Below, in pieces: positions 40,264 through 49,906 of a DNA stretch of 64,000 bases. How positions within the stretch are numbered: the first letter of the stretch is position 1; every line of letters starts with the position of its first letter. The stretch lies in NCBI GenBank assembly GCA_049903315.1, contig JBNGBT010000008.1, forward strand, positions 62,330 to 126,329, written 5' to 3'. The translations under genes were made by a program, and so were the position numbers. The notes below the pieces were generated by a model. That model was not told where the DNA came from. It saw only the letters and a program-made list of their open reading frames with translations, and ran no database searches. Source of the stretch: Candidatus Cloacimonadota bacterium. GTDB taxonomy: Bacteria; Cloacimonadota; Cloacimonadia; JGIOTU-2.

Positions 40264-41397
40264 TTATACAAACTCGCTTAAAATCTCGTCAGATACAAAC
40301 AGTGCTTTTTTGGTAAGTTTCAGATGTTCATTCTCAACTGTCAAATATCCGAGCTTTGAAAACCTGGTTATTACATCAGAATATTCGGCAATGGCATCAA
40401 AACCAAACTCACCTTTCAAATGATGCAGGGGTACACCCTTTGTCGTGCGAAGTCCGAGAAAGATCATATCCGAAATGTACTCTCTTTTCGAAATTACTTT
40501 TGAGTTTTTGCATGCAGATTGCGCATTTTGCATATTTGTAATGTAGCGTTCAACATCAGAAATATTTTCTTTTCGGGTCATATCATAAAATGAATGTGCT
40601 GCTGCTCCGCATCCAATATATTCTTTTCCCTTCCAATATGAAATATTATGCCGGGACTCATATCCATTTTTTGAAAAATTAGATATTTCATACTGATAAA
40701 AGCTATTCTCCTTAAGAAATGACAACATCGAATAATACATATTTTTTTGTAAATCCTCAGAAGGAAATGTGTAACTATTCTGCGCATCAAAAAGCGGTGT
40801 TCCTTTTTCCAAAGACAGGCAATAGGATGATATGTGCATTGGCTTAAGCCCAACAGCTTTTTGCAGGCTTTTCAACCATGTCTCATATGTTTGTTCGGGA
40901 GTTCCGAACATCAAATCGAGGGAAATATTTTCAGTGCAATGGGTTTTCACAAGCTCAACGACAGATTGGATATCCTTGGAAGAATGAAGTCTTCCCAAAA
41001 TATTTAACTCATCATCGTTAAATGATTGCGCACCAATACTCACACGGTTAATGCCGAGAGTTTTCCAGTTTTGGGCTTTGTCTTTTGTGAGAGAAGCTGG
41101 ATTTGCTTCGATGGTTACTTCGCTCTCTGGAGAAATAGTAAAAGTGTCATTGATGGTAGAAAAGAGTGAGAAGAGAAGCGGAAATGATAAAAGAGAAGGT
41201 GTTCCACCACCTATGTAGAGAGATGTTAATGTGTAGTTTATATTTTTATAGTGTGAAATTTCTTTTGTAAGTGCTCGAATATAGTTTTCAACCGGTTTCG
41301 CATCATATACAGCAGAGTAAAAATTACAATAATTACATTTCCTTGTACAGAAGGGAATGTGTATATATAGAGAAATTTCTTTCACGGGTAAAAACAA
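40264..41397 (-). CDS. hemW: Radical SAM heme chaperone HemW (HemN-like)
   Basis: YIHIPFCTRKCNYCNF, GGGTPS, YEISNF, HNISYW. Confidence 0.9.
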   Translation of the reverse strand: MFLPVKEISLYIHIPFCTRKCNYCNFYSAVYDAKPVENYIRALTKEISHYKNINYTLTSLYIGGGTPSLLSFPLLFSLFSTINDTFTISPESEVTIEANPASLTKDKAQNWKTLGINRVSIGAQSFNDDELNILGRLHSSKDIQSVVELVKTHCTENISLDLMFGTPEQTYETWLKSLQKAVGLKPMHISSYCLSLEKGTPLFDAQNSYTFPSEDLQKNMYYSMLSFLKENSFYQYEISNFSKNGYESRHNISYWKGKEYIGCGAAAHSFYDMTRKENISDVERYITNMQNAQSACKNSKVISKREYISDMIFLGLRTTKGVPLHHLKGEFGFDAIAEYSDVITRFSKLGYLTVENEHLKLTKKALFVSDEILSEFV

Positions 41398-41415
41398 GCT
41401 TTTAGAACGATGCTG

Positions 41416-42144
41416 TTATTTCGGGATTTTAAGTATCCTGTTCCATCTGATCTTATGATGATCCCCCATTGACCAATAAATGATCATGGGAATACCTTTT
41501 ATATATTCCCGATCAAGAAATCCCCAGAAACGGGAGTCATTGCTGTTATCCCGGTTATCACCCATGACAAAATACGAGCTGTCCGGAACGACAATTGGAC
41601 CAAAATTATCCCTGCTTCCCATGAATTCATTATTAATGTACAGGCGTCCCTGCTCGCGTGGGATGATTCTGAAATCAGTATGCTGCACGTAGTTTTCTTT
41701 CACATACTTCCCGTTTATATAAATGTTTTTATCTATGATCTGCAATGTGTCACCAGGCACGCCGATGATACGTTTGATAAAATCTCTACGCTTATAGAAT
41801 TTGAAGAAGAAGTTCTTCTTATCCCAATAGATTGGGCGTATCAGTTTTGCATATCTTTCTGCAGGTTCTGGATGATAGGGATCATAAGGATATTTAAATA
41901 TAACGGGCTCGAACTGTTTGGGCTCTCGAAACCAGTAAACAAATTTATTTGCTATAAGCTGATCACCTTTTAGAAAGGTACTTTCCATAGATTCTGAGGG
42001 TATAAGGAAGGTTTCTATCAGAAAAGTTCGGATGATTATTGCAGCAATACCCGCAAAGATTATTGCCTCGATCCATTCACGAAGTACGGATTTCTTTTTC
42101 TTTCTTACTTTTAAATCAGCTTTTTGGTCCTGAGATTTTGCCAT
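41416..42144 (-). CDS. lepB: Signal peptidase I
   Basis: IPSESM (catalytic Ser), FIKRIIGVPGD (Lys), MGDNRDNSNDSRFWG. Confidence 0.95.
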   Translation of the reverse strand: MAKSQDQKADLKVRKKKKSVLREWIEAIIFAGIAAIIIRTFLIETFLIPSESMESTFLKGDQLIANKFVYWFREPKQFEPVIFKYPYDPYHPEPAERYAKLIRPIYWDKKNFFFKFYKRRDFIKRIIGVPGDTLQIIDKNIYINGKYVKENYVQHTDFRIIPREQGRLYINNEFMGSRDNFGPIVVPDSSYFVMGDNRDNSNDSRFWGFLDREYIKGIPMIIYWSMGDHHKIRWNRILKIPK

Positions 42145-42167
42145 TCAGTTCTTCTCCATTATATGCT

Positions 42168-43706
42168 TTATGATTCGTGTTTTTTGCCGTTTTCTTGGTA
42201 TTCACGGCAGATATGTTCAACTTCTCTGAAGTTTACTTTCCCTGTTCCCATCATTGGGATATCCTCGATAACGTGGAATTCTTTTGGTATGGCTATGGAG
42301 GGGAGATCTTTTCCCATTTGTTTTTTAATTTTTTTGAAATCTACCTCAGCAGTGGTGAGAGCTGCAACGATATCTGCGCCCTTTGTGGGATTAGGGACAT
42401 CAACGACACAGCAGATCACATTGTCGGGCAACAATTTATTTAGTACATCTTCAACTTTTACAAGAGAGACCATTTCGCCGCCGATCTTTACAAATCTGCG
42501 CAGGCGTCCACGATGCCAGAGGAAGCCATCCTCGTCGAAGACACCCATATCACCTGTGTCGTACCAGCCATTATGAATACGGAGAGAGGTTTCTTCAAGA
42601 TCTCCATAATAGCCCTTCATGACAAGATCTCCCTTTACCATGATCTTGCCCTCTTTACCGCGGGTGAGTTCTTCGTCAGTTTCCCGATCAATAATTTTCA
42701 CCTGAACCCCGGGGACCGGTTTTCCAATGCTGCCGGGTTTATTCGCTTCTTTAACATTGACGGACACGACAGGACTCGTTTCGGTGGTGCCGTATCCCTC
42801 AAGAAGTTCAATGTCATGAAGTTTTTTATATCCTTCACGCACCTGAGCAGTCAGCTTATCCGCGCCGGCGACCGCGATCCTTACCGTAGAGAAATCCCCT
42901 GCTCGCGAACGCTTCAGATAGCCATAGAAGAATGCAGGAGTTCCTATCATAATTGTGATCTTATATTTTTTTATTGAGTCTACAATATTTTTATATTCAA
43001 GTGGATTTGCGTGTGTAACTACAGCAGAACCGACAGTGATCGGTATCCATAAATTGGTTGTAAGCCCAAAAACGTGGAAAAGGGGAAGGTTTCCTAAAAA
43101 GATATCTTCGTGGGTAAATTCAAATACTTCAGTACAAGCTTTAATGTTGTGAAAGATATTCTTGTGAGTGAGTTGTACTGCTTTGGGGTCTTTTTCGCTT
43201 CCGCTTGTAAAAAGTATGACCGAAGTCTCATCTTCATCTCCATGATGAACTGAATTTTGAAGCATGCCGGTTGGCAGTTTGGAACGGAGTGCTGCCTTAA
43301 GTTTATCTCCGGTTGTGAGGGATGCCATGATATCTTCAAGGTAAACCATACCAGGCACAAATTCAATATTAAGTTTTTCACAAAGTTTTTTACTCGTAAT
43401 AATAGTCTTGAAGCTGCATTTTTCCTGAGCATATACACAGTTACTTGCTGCTCCTGTGGAATAATTTATCATTACGGGTATCTTCCCACACATTAATGAG
43501 CTGATTATTGAAAGCATACATCCAGCAGAGGTAGGTATCATTATTCCAATATATTGGCCATGATATGCGGAGAATTTCTTTGCGAGGATCAGAGAGGCGA
43601 TGAGCATTTTATCAAAGGTTATGTCTTTTTCTGTAGCTTGATCGTAGAGAGCGATCTTTTTGGAGAATTTTTTCGCTGTGGAAATAAACGCTTGCTGTAG
43701 TTGCAT
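42168..43706 (-). CDS. Acyl-ACP synthetase-like AMP-binding enzyme (Aas C-terminal domain only)
   Basis: LFTSGSEKDPKAV, LPLFHVFGLT, EGYGTTETSP, WYDTGD, RFVKIGGEMVSL, GTGKVNF; no PlsC or MFS domain. Confidence 0.8.
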   Translation of the reverse strand: MQLQQAFISTAKKFSKKIALYDQATEKDITFDKMLIASLILAKKFSAYHGQYIGIMIPTSAGCMLSIISSLMCGKIPVMINYSTGAASNCVYAQEKCSFKTIITSKKLCEKLNIEFVPGMVYLEDIMASLTTGDKLKAALRSKLPTGMLQNSVHHGDEDETSVILFTSGSEKDPKAVQLTHKNIFHNIKACTEVFEFTHEDIFLGNLPLFHVFGLTTNLWIPITVGSAVVTHANPLEYKNIVDSIKKYKITIMIGTPAFFYGYLKRSRAGDFSTVRIAVAGADKLTAQVREGYKKLHDIELLEGYGTTETSPVVSVNVKEANKPGSIGKPVPGVQVKIIDRETDEELTRGKEGKIMVKGDLVMKGYYGDLEETSLRIHNGWYDTGDMGVFDEDGFLWHRGRLRRFVKIGGEMVSLVKVEDVLNKLLPDNVICCVVDVPNPTKGADIVAALTTAEVDFKKIKKQMGKDLPSIAIPKEFHVIEDIPMMGTGKVNFREVEHICREYQENGKKHES

Positions 43707-43841
43707 AGTGTCTCCTTACAGGCTATTATTTTATTGCGAAAAGCAACATTCCGTAAGGATATATGCAATGTCAATGTTTTCATCTGTCAGATGGAGCACC
43801 GAAAAAATTGACACTGCAATAGCCCAGCATACATTTCTAAT

Positions 43842-44468
43842 ATGAATATTATACAGCAATTCTTTATTTTGATTTTCCCTGTGCTATTTGCATTGACCAT
43901 TCACGAGTTTTCCCACGGCTATGCAGCATATAAACTTGGAGATGACACTGCAAAAAGAGCAGGACGATTGACACTCAATCCTCTTAAACATCTCGATCCC
44001 ATCGGCACAATAATGCTTTTTATCGCAAAGATCGGGTGGGCAAAACCTGTTCCAATTAATCCATATAATTTTAAAAATTTCAAATGGGATACTGCAATTG
44101 TGTCCTTTGCCGGACCGCTGGCAAATTTCATCAGCGCGATCGCATTCAGTATTCTCTTCAATCTCTTTTATTCACCTGCTTCCGGGCAGAATGTTTTTAT
44201 CATGATCATATTTTATACGATATTTATTAATATTGCATTAGGATTGTTCAATCTTATTCCCATCCCACCTCTTGATGGATCAAAAATATTCGGTGCGCTA
44301 CTTCCTGACAGATTATATTTCCAATATCAAAAGTATGAACGAAAAGGTATGTTCCTTTTTATCGCGATAATATTGATCAGCAACTTTGCGGGTTTAAATA
44401 TTATTGGCGGAGTTATTCTTCCTCCCATCAGATTCTTTGTGAGATTGTTGACTGGAGTTTCGATATAA
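43842..44468 (+). CDS. Site-2 protease (M50 family)
   Basis: HEFSH zinc motif, GRLTLNP, AGPLAN, FNLIPIPPLDG. Confidence 0.93.
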   Translation: MNIIQQFFILIFPVLFALTIHEFSHGYAAYKLGDDTAKRAGRLTLNPLKHLDPIGTIMLFIAKIGWAKPVPINPYNFKNFKWDTAIVSFAGPLANFISAIAFSILFNLFYSPASGQNVFIMIIFYTIFINIALGLFNLIPIPPLDGSKIFGALLPDRLYFQYQKYERKGMFLFIAIILISNFAGLNIIGGVILPPIRFFVRLLTGVSI

Positions 44469-44471
44469 AAT

Positions 44472-45218
44472 ATGGCAGAACAAGCAGTTCAGGTAGAACA
44501 AAACGATAAGTATAATATCAAATTACCAAACTTTGAAGGTCCCCTCGATCTTCTTCTTTATCTTATACGGAAACATAAAATTGATATTTATGACATCCCG
44601 ATCGCCTTTATGCTGGAGGAATATCTCAAATATCTTGCTGTGATGGAAGATTTAAATATTTCTATTGAAGGCGAATTCATGGAAATGGCAGCAACTCTTA
44701 TTCAGATAAAACTCCGTTCACTTTTGCCGAGATCAGTCGAAGAAGATCTGGAGGATCCTCGCACCGAGCTAGTGAATAATCTCCTTGCATACCAGAAGGT
44801 AAAAGAAACGACAGAGATACTATCTGAGCTTGCAGAAGAGAACAGATATTATTTTTACAGGTCAATGGATGAGGATGCACGAAAAGAAATACAGCAATCT
44901 GCGGTGAGTTATGAATTAGAGCAGAAAGACGTAGACCTCTATGACCTTATTAAAGTGCTGCAAAAATACATAATTCAAAAGCCACAGGAGATATCTGAAG
45001 ATATTTCTCTTGATGAATATAAGGTAGAAGTGAAAATAGAAGAGCTAACAAAACTCCTTCGTAAACATAAAAAAATCCTATTTTCCGACCTCATAAAAAA
45101 CAGCAGCAGAATTGAACTTATTGCATTCTTTCTTGCGATCCTCGAGCTCATGAAACGAAAAAAAGTCAGTATATTTCAGAGCACACAGTTTTCAGACATT
45201 CATATAAATAAAAGATAA
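44472..45218 (+). CDS. scpA: Segregation and condensation protein A
   Basis: FEGPLDLLLYLI, IDIYDIPI, MAATLIQIK, FLAILEL. Confidence 0.92.
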   Translation: MAEQAVQVEQNDKYNIKLPNFEGPLDLLLYLIRKHKIDIYDIPIAFMLEEYLKYLAVMEDLNISIEGEFMEMAATLIQIKLRSLLPRSVEEDLEDPRTELVNNLLAYQKVKETTEILSELAEENRYYFYRSMDEDARKEIQQSAVSYELEQKDVDLYDLIKVLQKYIIQKPQEISEDISLDEYKVEVKIEELTKLLRKHKKILFSDLIKNSSRIELIAFFLAILELMKRKKVSIFQSTQFSDIHINKR

Positions 45219-45224
45219 ATACGA

Positions 45225-45725
45225 CTATTTGTTCTTATCCTTCTTAGGATGATCCTGGAATTTATCTCCTTCCTTCATCATCCTGATCTTGTCCTGAAGG
45301 TCTCTCCCAAAGCTTTGCATAAAGATAAGATAGCGTCCAAACTTTTCTTCACCAAGTTCATTTCGAAGTTTTTCGTAGAGCACAGATTTATTTTTGTCGA
45401 GTTCACTTTCCTGGGCAAGAAGAAGGTCAATATTCTTGGTGATTTCCTTTTTATCATTCTTATCTAATGCAAGTTCCAGGTCATTCATGATCACATGGTG
45501 GACTTCATATGATGCACTCATCAGATTATCAATGTCTTTAATAATCGGAAGAACTCTCATGCTCTGCTCATCGGATAGATCGAGAATTTTGAGAAGTTCA
45601 AGGTTCCTGAGCTGAATGATCACCTTCTTATGCTCGTCCATAGGATGCATGAATCCTGGTTGTGCAATTGCAGCTGCTGTAAATATCAGCAATCCAATAA
45701 CAAGCAGTACTAACTTTTTATTCAT
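45225..45725 (-). CDS. Periplasmic helical protein (Spy/CpxP-like) in the ECF operon
   Basis: Signal peptide AIA-Q, LDLSDEQ motif, all-helical; third gene of the sigma/anti-sigma cluster. Confidence 0.55.
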   Translation of the reverse strand: MNKKLVLLVIGLLIFTAAAIAQPGFMHPMDEHKKVIIQLRNLELLKILDLSDEQSMRVLPIIKDIDNLMSASYEVHHVIMNDLELALDKNDKKEITKNIDLLLAQESELDKNKSVLYEKLRNELGEEKFGRYLIFMQSFGRDLQDKIRMMKEGDKFQDHPKKDKNK

Positions 45726-45738
45726 TGTAACTCCTAAA

Positions 45739-46320
45739 TTATGTTATACTATTATCATACATTTTATCTATTAATTCTTGTAATTCATCCTGATCAAGAT
45801 TATCCAGAACATCTTCATAATATTGCCAATCACCATAGAGAATATCATATGTCAGTTCATCATTTTCATAGATCTCCTGAAGATACATTGTCTCAAGATT
45901 ATCTAGGTATCCGCCGCTTAATGACACAGTTTCAGTATAAGTGACATTGTCGATTACATAATAGTTTTCCTGTAGTACAGGCACTGTTCTCGGAGAAAGG
46001 AAGAAGATCATCAGCGCAATAAATAGGATGGAGACAGTTGCAAGAGCGGGTTTTGCCCAGGATCTTACCCAAATGGGTTTATCCTGTTTTTGGGGAAGGT
46101 TCTCAAATCTTTGCGTGATGTGAGCATGTGGGGGCACAGGATTAGCTTGTACATCTATATCAACAAATTCCTTTGTGATATGCAGTACATTTTCCCATTC
46201 TTTGAGTTCATTTCTGCAAAATTCACATTCAGAAAGATGTGCAGCAATCCGTCTTTTCTTTCGAGATGAAAGTTCATCGTTCAGATAATCGAGTAAAATA
46301 TTTTTATCAATACACTTCAT
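45739..46320 (-). CDS. Zinc-finger (HxxxCxxC) anti-sigma factor
   Basis: LLDYLNDEL...HLSECEFC, single TM helix; directly after the ECF sigma gene. Confidence 0.85.
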   Translation of the reverse strand: MKCIDKNILLDYLNDELSSRKKRRIAAHLSECEFCRNELKEWENVLHITKEFVDIDVQANPVPPHAHITQRFENLPQKQDKPIWVRSWAKPALATVSILFIALMIFFLSPRTVPVLQENYYVIDNVTYTETVSLSGGYLDNLETMYLQEIYENDELTYDILYGDWQYYEDVLDNLDQDELQELIDKMYDNSIT

Positions 46321-46322
46321 AG

Positions 46323-46841
46323 TTACTCCTGAAATTCGATCAGGTTTTGATCTTGTAGATCTTTTTTTATCTTTTGCATAGCAAAGAAATAATTACTTTT
46401 CACGGTTCCGAGACTCTTCCCCAATATCTGTGCGATCTTTTTAAAGGGAAGCTGATTATAGTAACGCATCACAAAAACTTCTTTCTGGCGAGGAGAAAGA
46501 GAATTGATTAGATTTTCGAGTGAGACAAAGAGTTCCTTTTCATCAAGAACGGATGATGGATTTGCATTCATTTCCGTGCGCATTTCGTGTGCTCCAGGAA
46601 ACCTATTGATCTCTTTACTTCTTTTATTATTCATATAATAGATATGATTCAATGCGATCCTGTAAATCCAGGTCGTGAATTTTGCTTCATTTCGAAAGGA
46701 ATTAATATTTTCATACACTTTCAAAAAAATATCCTGCGTCGCATCTTCTGCATCTTCATAATTTTTTAACATCTTTAATGCCAACAAAAAGACCTTTTGA
46801 TAATTTTCTTCAATCAGTTGATTGAGCCGAATCGAATCCAT
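46323..46841 (-). CDS. ECF RNA polymerase sigma factor
   Basis: AEDATQDIFLKV, FTTWIYRIALN, LSPRQKEVFVMR, IAQILGKSLGTVKS. Confidence 0.93.
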   Translation of the reverse strand: MDSIRLNQLIEENYQKVFLLALKMLKNYEDAEDATQDIFLKVYENINSFRNEAKFTTWIYRIALNHIYYMNNKRSKEINRFPGAHEMRTEMNANPSSVLDEKELFVSLENLINSLSPRQKEVFVMRYYNQLPFKKIAQILGKSLGTVKSNYFFAMQKIKKDLQDQNLIEFQE

Positions 46842-46862
46842 ATAATATTTTCGTTTATTTGG

Positions 46863-46891
46863 TTAGACGTCTTTACATGAAAAAAGTTTAA
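46863..46891 (-). promoter_or_regulatory. Putative autoregulatory ECF promoter
   Basis: - strand TAAAC-N16-CGTCTAA about 25 nt upstream of the sigma start; resembles the AAAC-N16-CGT consensus of SigW/SigM-type ECFs. Confidence 0.6.
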
Positions 46892-47074
46892 ATTCATTTT
46901 TTGTTCACGCTCTGCTTTATGATCAAATTATACAAATGTCCGCAAATACAGCAAGTAAATCATTAATTACATATTAATTGACAGGATAAATACCCTTTTT
47001 CAAGCTATGTTGTGATAGCGGACAGATCGGACTGTAAATATTTTAGCGCTACATGACGACAAGTAAGGATTAAT

Positions 47075-48769
47075 ATGAAAAAAAATGAAAAGAAAACCTT
47101 AAAAAATGTTCTGCACAACAGCATATTGCATTACGGAAATAATATTGTAGTTTCAATGGTGGGAGGTACTCCCTTCACATATGAAAAATTTGGCAAAAAA
47201 GTAGAAGTGATTTCTAAAATATTACAGAAAAGAGGTATCGTAAAAGGGGATAAGGTAGCAATATTATCTGAAAACAAACCGCAGTGGGGCATTGCTTTTT
47301 TTGCAATAACGACTTTTGGCGCAATAGCCGTTCCAATCCTTCCGGACTTTCATGCAAATGAGATCCGTCATATCCTCATGCATTCCGAAGCAAAAGCAAT
47401 TTTCATATCCCAGGAGCAATATAATAAACTTGAAGATGTTGAGATGGAAAGCCTGAGTACTATATTTCATATCGATGATTTCAGCATAATACCTCCCGAC
47501 ACAACAGTTGATAAACTTAAAGATTTGATAAAGGAAGGCGAGGTAGAATTCGCAAAGTTGAGAGAATCTGCTCTGAAGCTTCTTTATCCGGACCAGGGTA
47601 CTCTCAAAGAAGATGATGTTGCTTCTATTATTTATACCTCCGGCACTACAGGTCATTCAAAAGGGGTCGAACTCACACATAAGAATTTCATTTTTGATGC
47701 TGAAGCGACCCTGAAGGTTCAAAATGTAGTAGAAGAAGACAGGCTGCTCTCGATCCTACCGCTATCACATTCCTATGAATTCACCATTGGTTTTTTGATT
47801 CCCTTTATTCGCGGAGCCTCGATTTATTATATTGACAAACCACCTGTTGCCCGTGTTTTACTTCCTGTTTTACAAAAAATAAGACCTACAATGATGCTTA
47901 CTGTACCTCTTGTCATAGAGAAAATATATAAACTGAGAATTGCTCCCCAATTATCAAAAAGCGATTTGCTCAGACAATTAATGAAAGTACCCGCAGTGAG
48001 AAAAAAACTTCATAAATTAGCAGCGAAGAAAGTGATGAAATTCTTCGGGGGAGAGATGAAATTCTTTGGCATCGGCGGAGCCGGATTGAACAGCGAAGTA
48101 GAAAAATTCTTGAGGGAAGGAAAATTTCCTTATGCGATTGGGTACGGCTTGACAGAAACATCACCTTTGATCGCAGGAAGCGGAGTAAAAAATACCAAAT
48201 TCCGGTCTACAGGAATTATTGTTCCTGAAGTAGAAGTAAAAATAAATAAACCGGATAAGAAAACTGGCGAGGGCGAAATTTGGGTAAAAGGTGACAATGT
48301 GATGAAGGGATACTACAAAGATCCGGATAGAACAAAAGAAATGTTTTCTGAAGACGGTTGGTTAAAAACCGGGGATCTCGGTTATATGGATAATGATGGG
48401 TATTTATATATAATAGGAAGATTAAAGAATGTAATCGTTGGTCCAAGTGGTGAGAATATATATCCAGAAGAGATAGAATCAAAAATAAATCAGTACGATG
48501 ATGTTCTCGAATCCTTGGTTTACCAGGAAAACGGACAACTTATTGCGCGCGTTCATCTTAATTATGAAGAGCTTGATTCGGAATTCAAGAATAAAAAAAT
48601 GACGGAAACACAGATCGCAAAGCGAATTGAAGAAATACTTGAGAAGATGAGAAATGAAGTCAACAGCAGCATGTCATCTTTCTCCAGAATCATTAAGATG
48701 ATCGAGCAGCACGAGCCTTTCGAAAAAACTCCTACAAAGAAGATCAAAAGGTATTTATACACAGTGTAG
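47075..48769 (+). CDS. Long-chain acyl-CoA synthetase (second paralogue)
   Basis: YTSGTTGHSKGV, GYGLTETSP, GWLKTGDLG, GENIYPEEIE, FEKTPTKKIKR. Confidence 0.9.
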   Translation: MKKNEKKTLKNVLHNSILHYGNNIVVSMVGGTPFTYEKFGKKVEVISKILQKRGIVKGDKVAILSENKPQWGIAFFAITTFGAIAVPILPDFHANEIRHILMHSEAKAIFISQEQYNKLEDVEMESLSTIFHIDDFSIIPPDTTVDKLKDLIKEGEVEFAKLRESALKLLYPDQGTLKEDDVASIIYTSGTTGHSKGVELTHKNFIFDAEATLKVQNVVEEDRLLSILPLSHSYEFTIGFLIPFIRGASIYYIDKPPVARVLLPVLQKIRPTMMLTVPLVIEKIYKLRIAPQLSKSDLLRQLMKVPAVRKKLHKLAAKKVMKFFGGEMKFFGIGGAGLNSEVEKFLREGKFPYAIGYGLTETSPLIAGSGVKNTKFRSTGIIVPEVEVKINKPDKKTGEGEIWVKGDNVMKGYYKDPDRTKEMFSEDGWLKTGDLGYMDNDGYLYIIGRLKNVIVGPSGENIYPEEIESKINQYDDVLESLVYQENGQLIARVHLNYEELDSEFKNKKMTETQIAKRIEEILEKMRNEVNSSMSSFSRIIKMIEQHEPFEKTPTKKIKRYLYTV

Positions 48770-48838
48770 CACAAGACTCATTCTCCGACTTTACAGAAAA
48801 AAAGGTGAGATTGTCATGCTTCATTTTGATAAAACCAC

Positions 48839-48855
48839 TGCACCAATTTTGTGCA
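48839..48855. promoter_or_regulatory. Candidate upstream activator site for a sigma-54 enhancer-binding protein
   Basis: Dyad TGCACCAATTTTGTGCA about 110 nt upstream of the -24 element; close to the NtrC-type TGCAC-N7-GTGCA pattern. Confidence 0.55.
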
Positions 48856-48964
48856 TATATTAGCTGAAGAAATAAATTTTAAAACAGCGTGAAATAATAT
48901 CACACCACATAACGTACGAATTAGAGGGAGATTATGGTAAATGTGGGGAAGATCAACATTTTTT

Positions 48965-48980
48965 TGGCACGATTTTCGCA
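48965..48980 (+). promoter_or_regulatory. Sigma-54 (-24/-12) promoter
   Basis: TGGCACGATTTTCGCA with exact GG-N10-GC spacing, about 40 nt before the RBS and ATG at 49022; the operon encodes a sigma-54 activator. Confidence 0.8.
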
Positions 48981-49021
48981 TAGAGAAGGAGTGCGAATAG
49001 AAATGAAAACAAGGAGTTAAC

Positions 49022-49483
49022 ATGAAAAAGTTAATCGCACTCGCAAGTATGATGATACTCAGCGTAAGTATCGTGGTAGCAGCCACAGCAAGTGGTTATG
49101 TAACAGATATGGAAACCGGTGTTGGAATCGAAAGTGCAATCGTAAAATTCCATTTTATTGATGGTGAATGCCCTGACGGTGGCGGCAATGGCGGTGGCAA
49201 TGGTGGTGGAAACGGTAATAATGGCAATAACGGTGGCGGTAATGGCGGTCATGGTCTTAACATATATGATGCCGTAACCGATGCAGACGGATATTATACA
49301 ATCGTTGATCTTCCAGAAGGAAACTACGAAGCCCGCGCATTAAAACCTCATACCTATATGCCTTCTCTTCTTGAAGAGATAGTTATTGATGAAAATGGCG
49401 TAGTCGTCGACTTTGCTCTTGAACCATGCAGTGGTAGCGGTTCAGCAAAGCAACTCAAAATCAGACACCTCATCAACTTTTAG
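49022..49483 (+). CDS. Secreted carboxypeptidase-regulatory-like beta-sandwich protein with a Gly/Asn-rich insert
   Basis: Signal peptide; SGYVTDMETG..IESAIV and TDADGYYTIVDLPEGNY flank GGGNGGGNGGGNGNNGNNGGGNGGH; AAGGAG RBS. Confidence 0.7.
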   Translation: MKKLIALASMMILSVSIVVAATASGYVTDMETGVGIESAIVKFHFIDGECPDGGGNGGGNGGGNGNNGNNGGGNGGHGLNIYDAVTDADGYYTIVDLPEGNYEARALKPHTYMPSLLEEIVIDENGVVVDFALEPCSGSGSAKQLKIRHLINF

Positions 49484-49549
49484 TGCTGCGCACATGAGAA
49501 ATATTGACGGGATTTCGGTCCCGTCGTATTTTCTCTATAAGGAGTAATA

Positions 49550-49903
49550 ATGAAATCAATAATTTTTGCCGGTTTATTTGTATTTTTTTTAGCTGTGTCT
49601 TTGCATGCAGCAGATTCAACAGAAGCACCGGCATCTGGCGATGAGATCACCATCGAAGAGAAAAGTGAAGGAGCTGAGTTTGACTTCTTTATAGATAAAG
49701 ACGGTGATGGCATCTGTGATAATAGAACCCTGAGATATAAAGGAACATTTTCCAAGCATCTGAACATCCGTCATTACAGAATGATCTCTTATAAATATGA
49801 CTATCAGTTCAGATGCGAGTTCGGCTCATCAGGCGGATCAAAAAAAGGAGACGGTGGAAACGGACAACACGGAGGAAACCCGGGACATCATGGAGGTCAA
49901 TAG
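49550..49903 (+). CDS. Small secreted protein with a DxDGDGICD motif and Gly/His-rich tail
   Basis: Signal peptide LHA-A; FFIDKDGDGICDNR; tail GGNGQHGGNPGHHGGQ; AAGGAG RBS. Confidence 0.7.
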   Translation: MKSIIFAGLFVFFLAVSLHAADSTEAPASGDEITIEEKSEGAEFDFFIDKDGDGICDNRTLRYKGTFSKHLNIRHYRMISYKYDYQFRCEFGSSGGSKKGDGGNGQHGGNPGHHGGQ

Positions 49904-49906
49904 TTG

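Noticed and set aside
40264..41397. Coproporphyrinogen dehydrogenase HemN
   Set aside because: Short N-terminus and the HNxxYW motif fit HemW; no heme pathway genes nearby
44472..45218. scpA without adjacent scpB as a sign of gene loss
   Set aside because: scpB and smc are often encoded elsewhere; cannot be judged from this window
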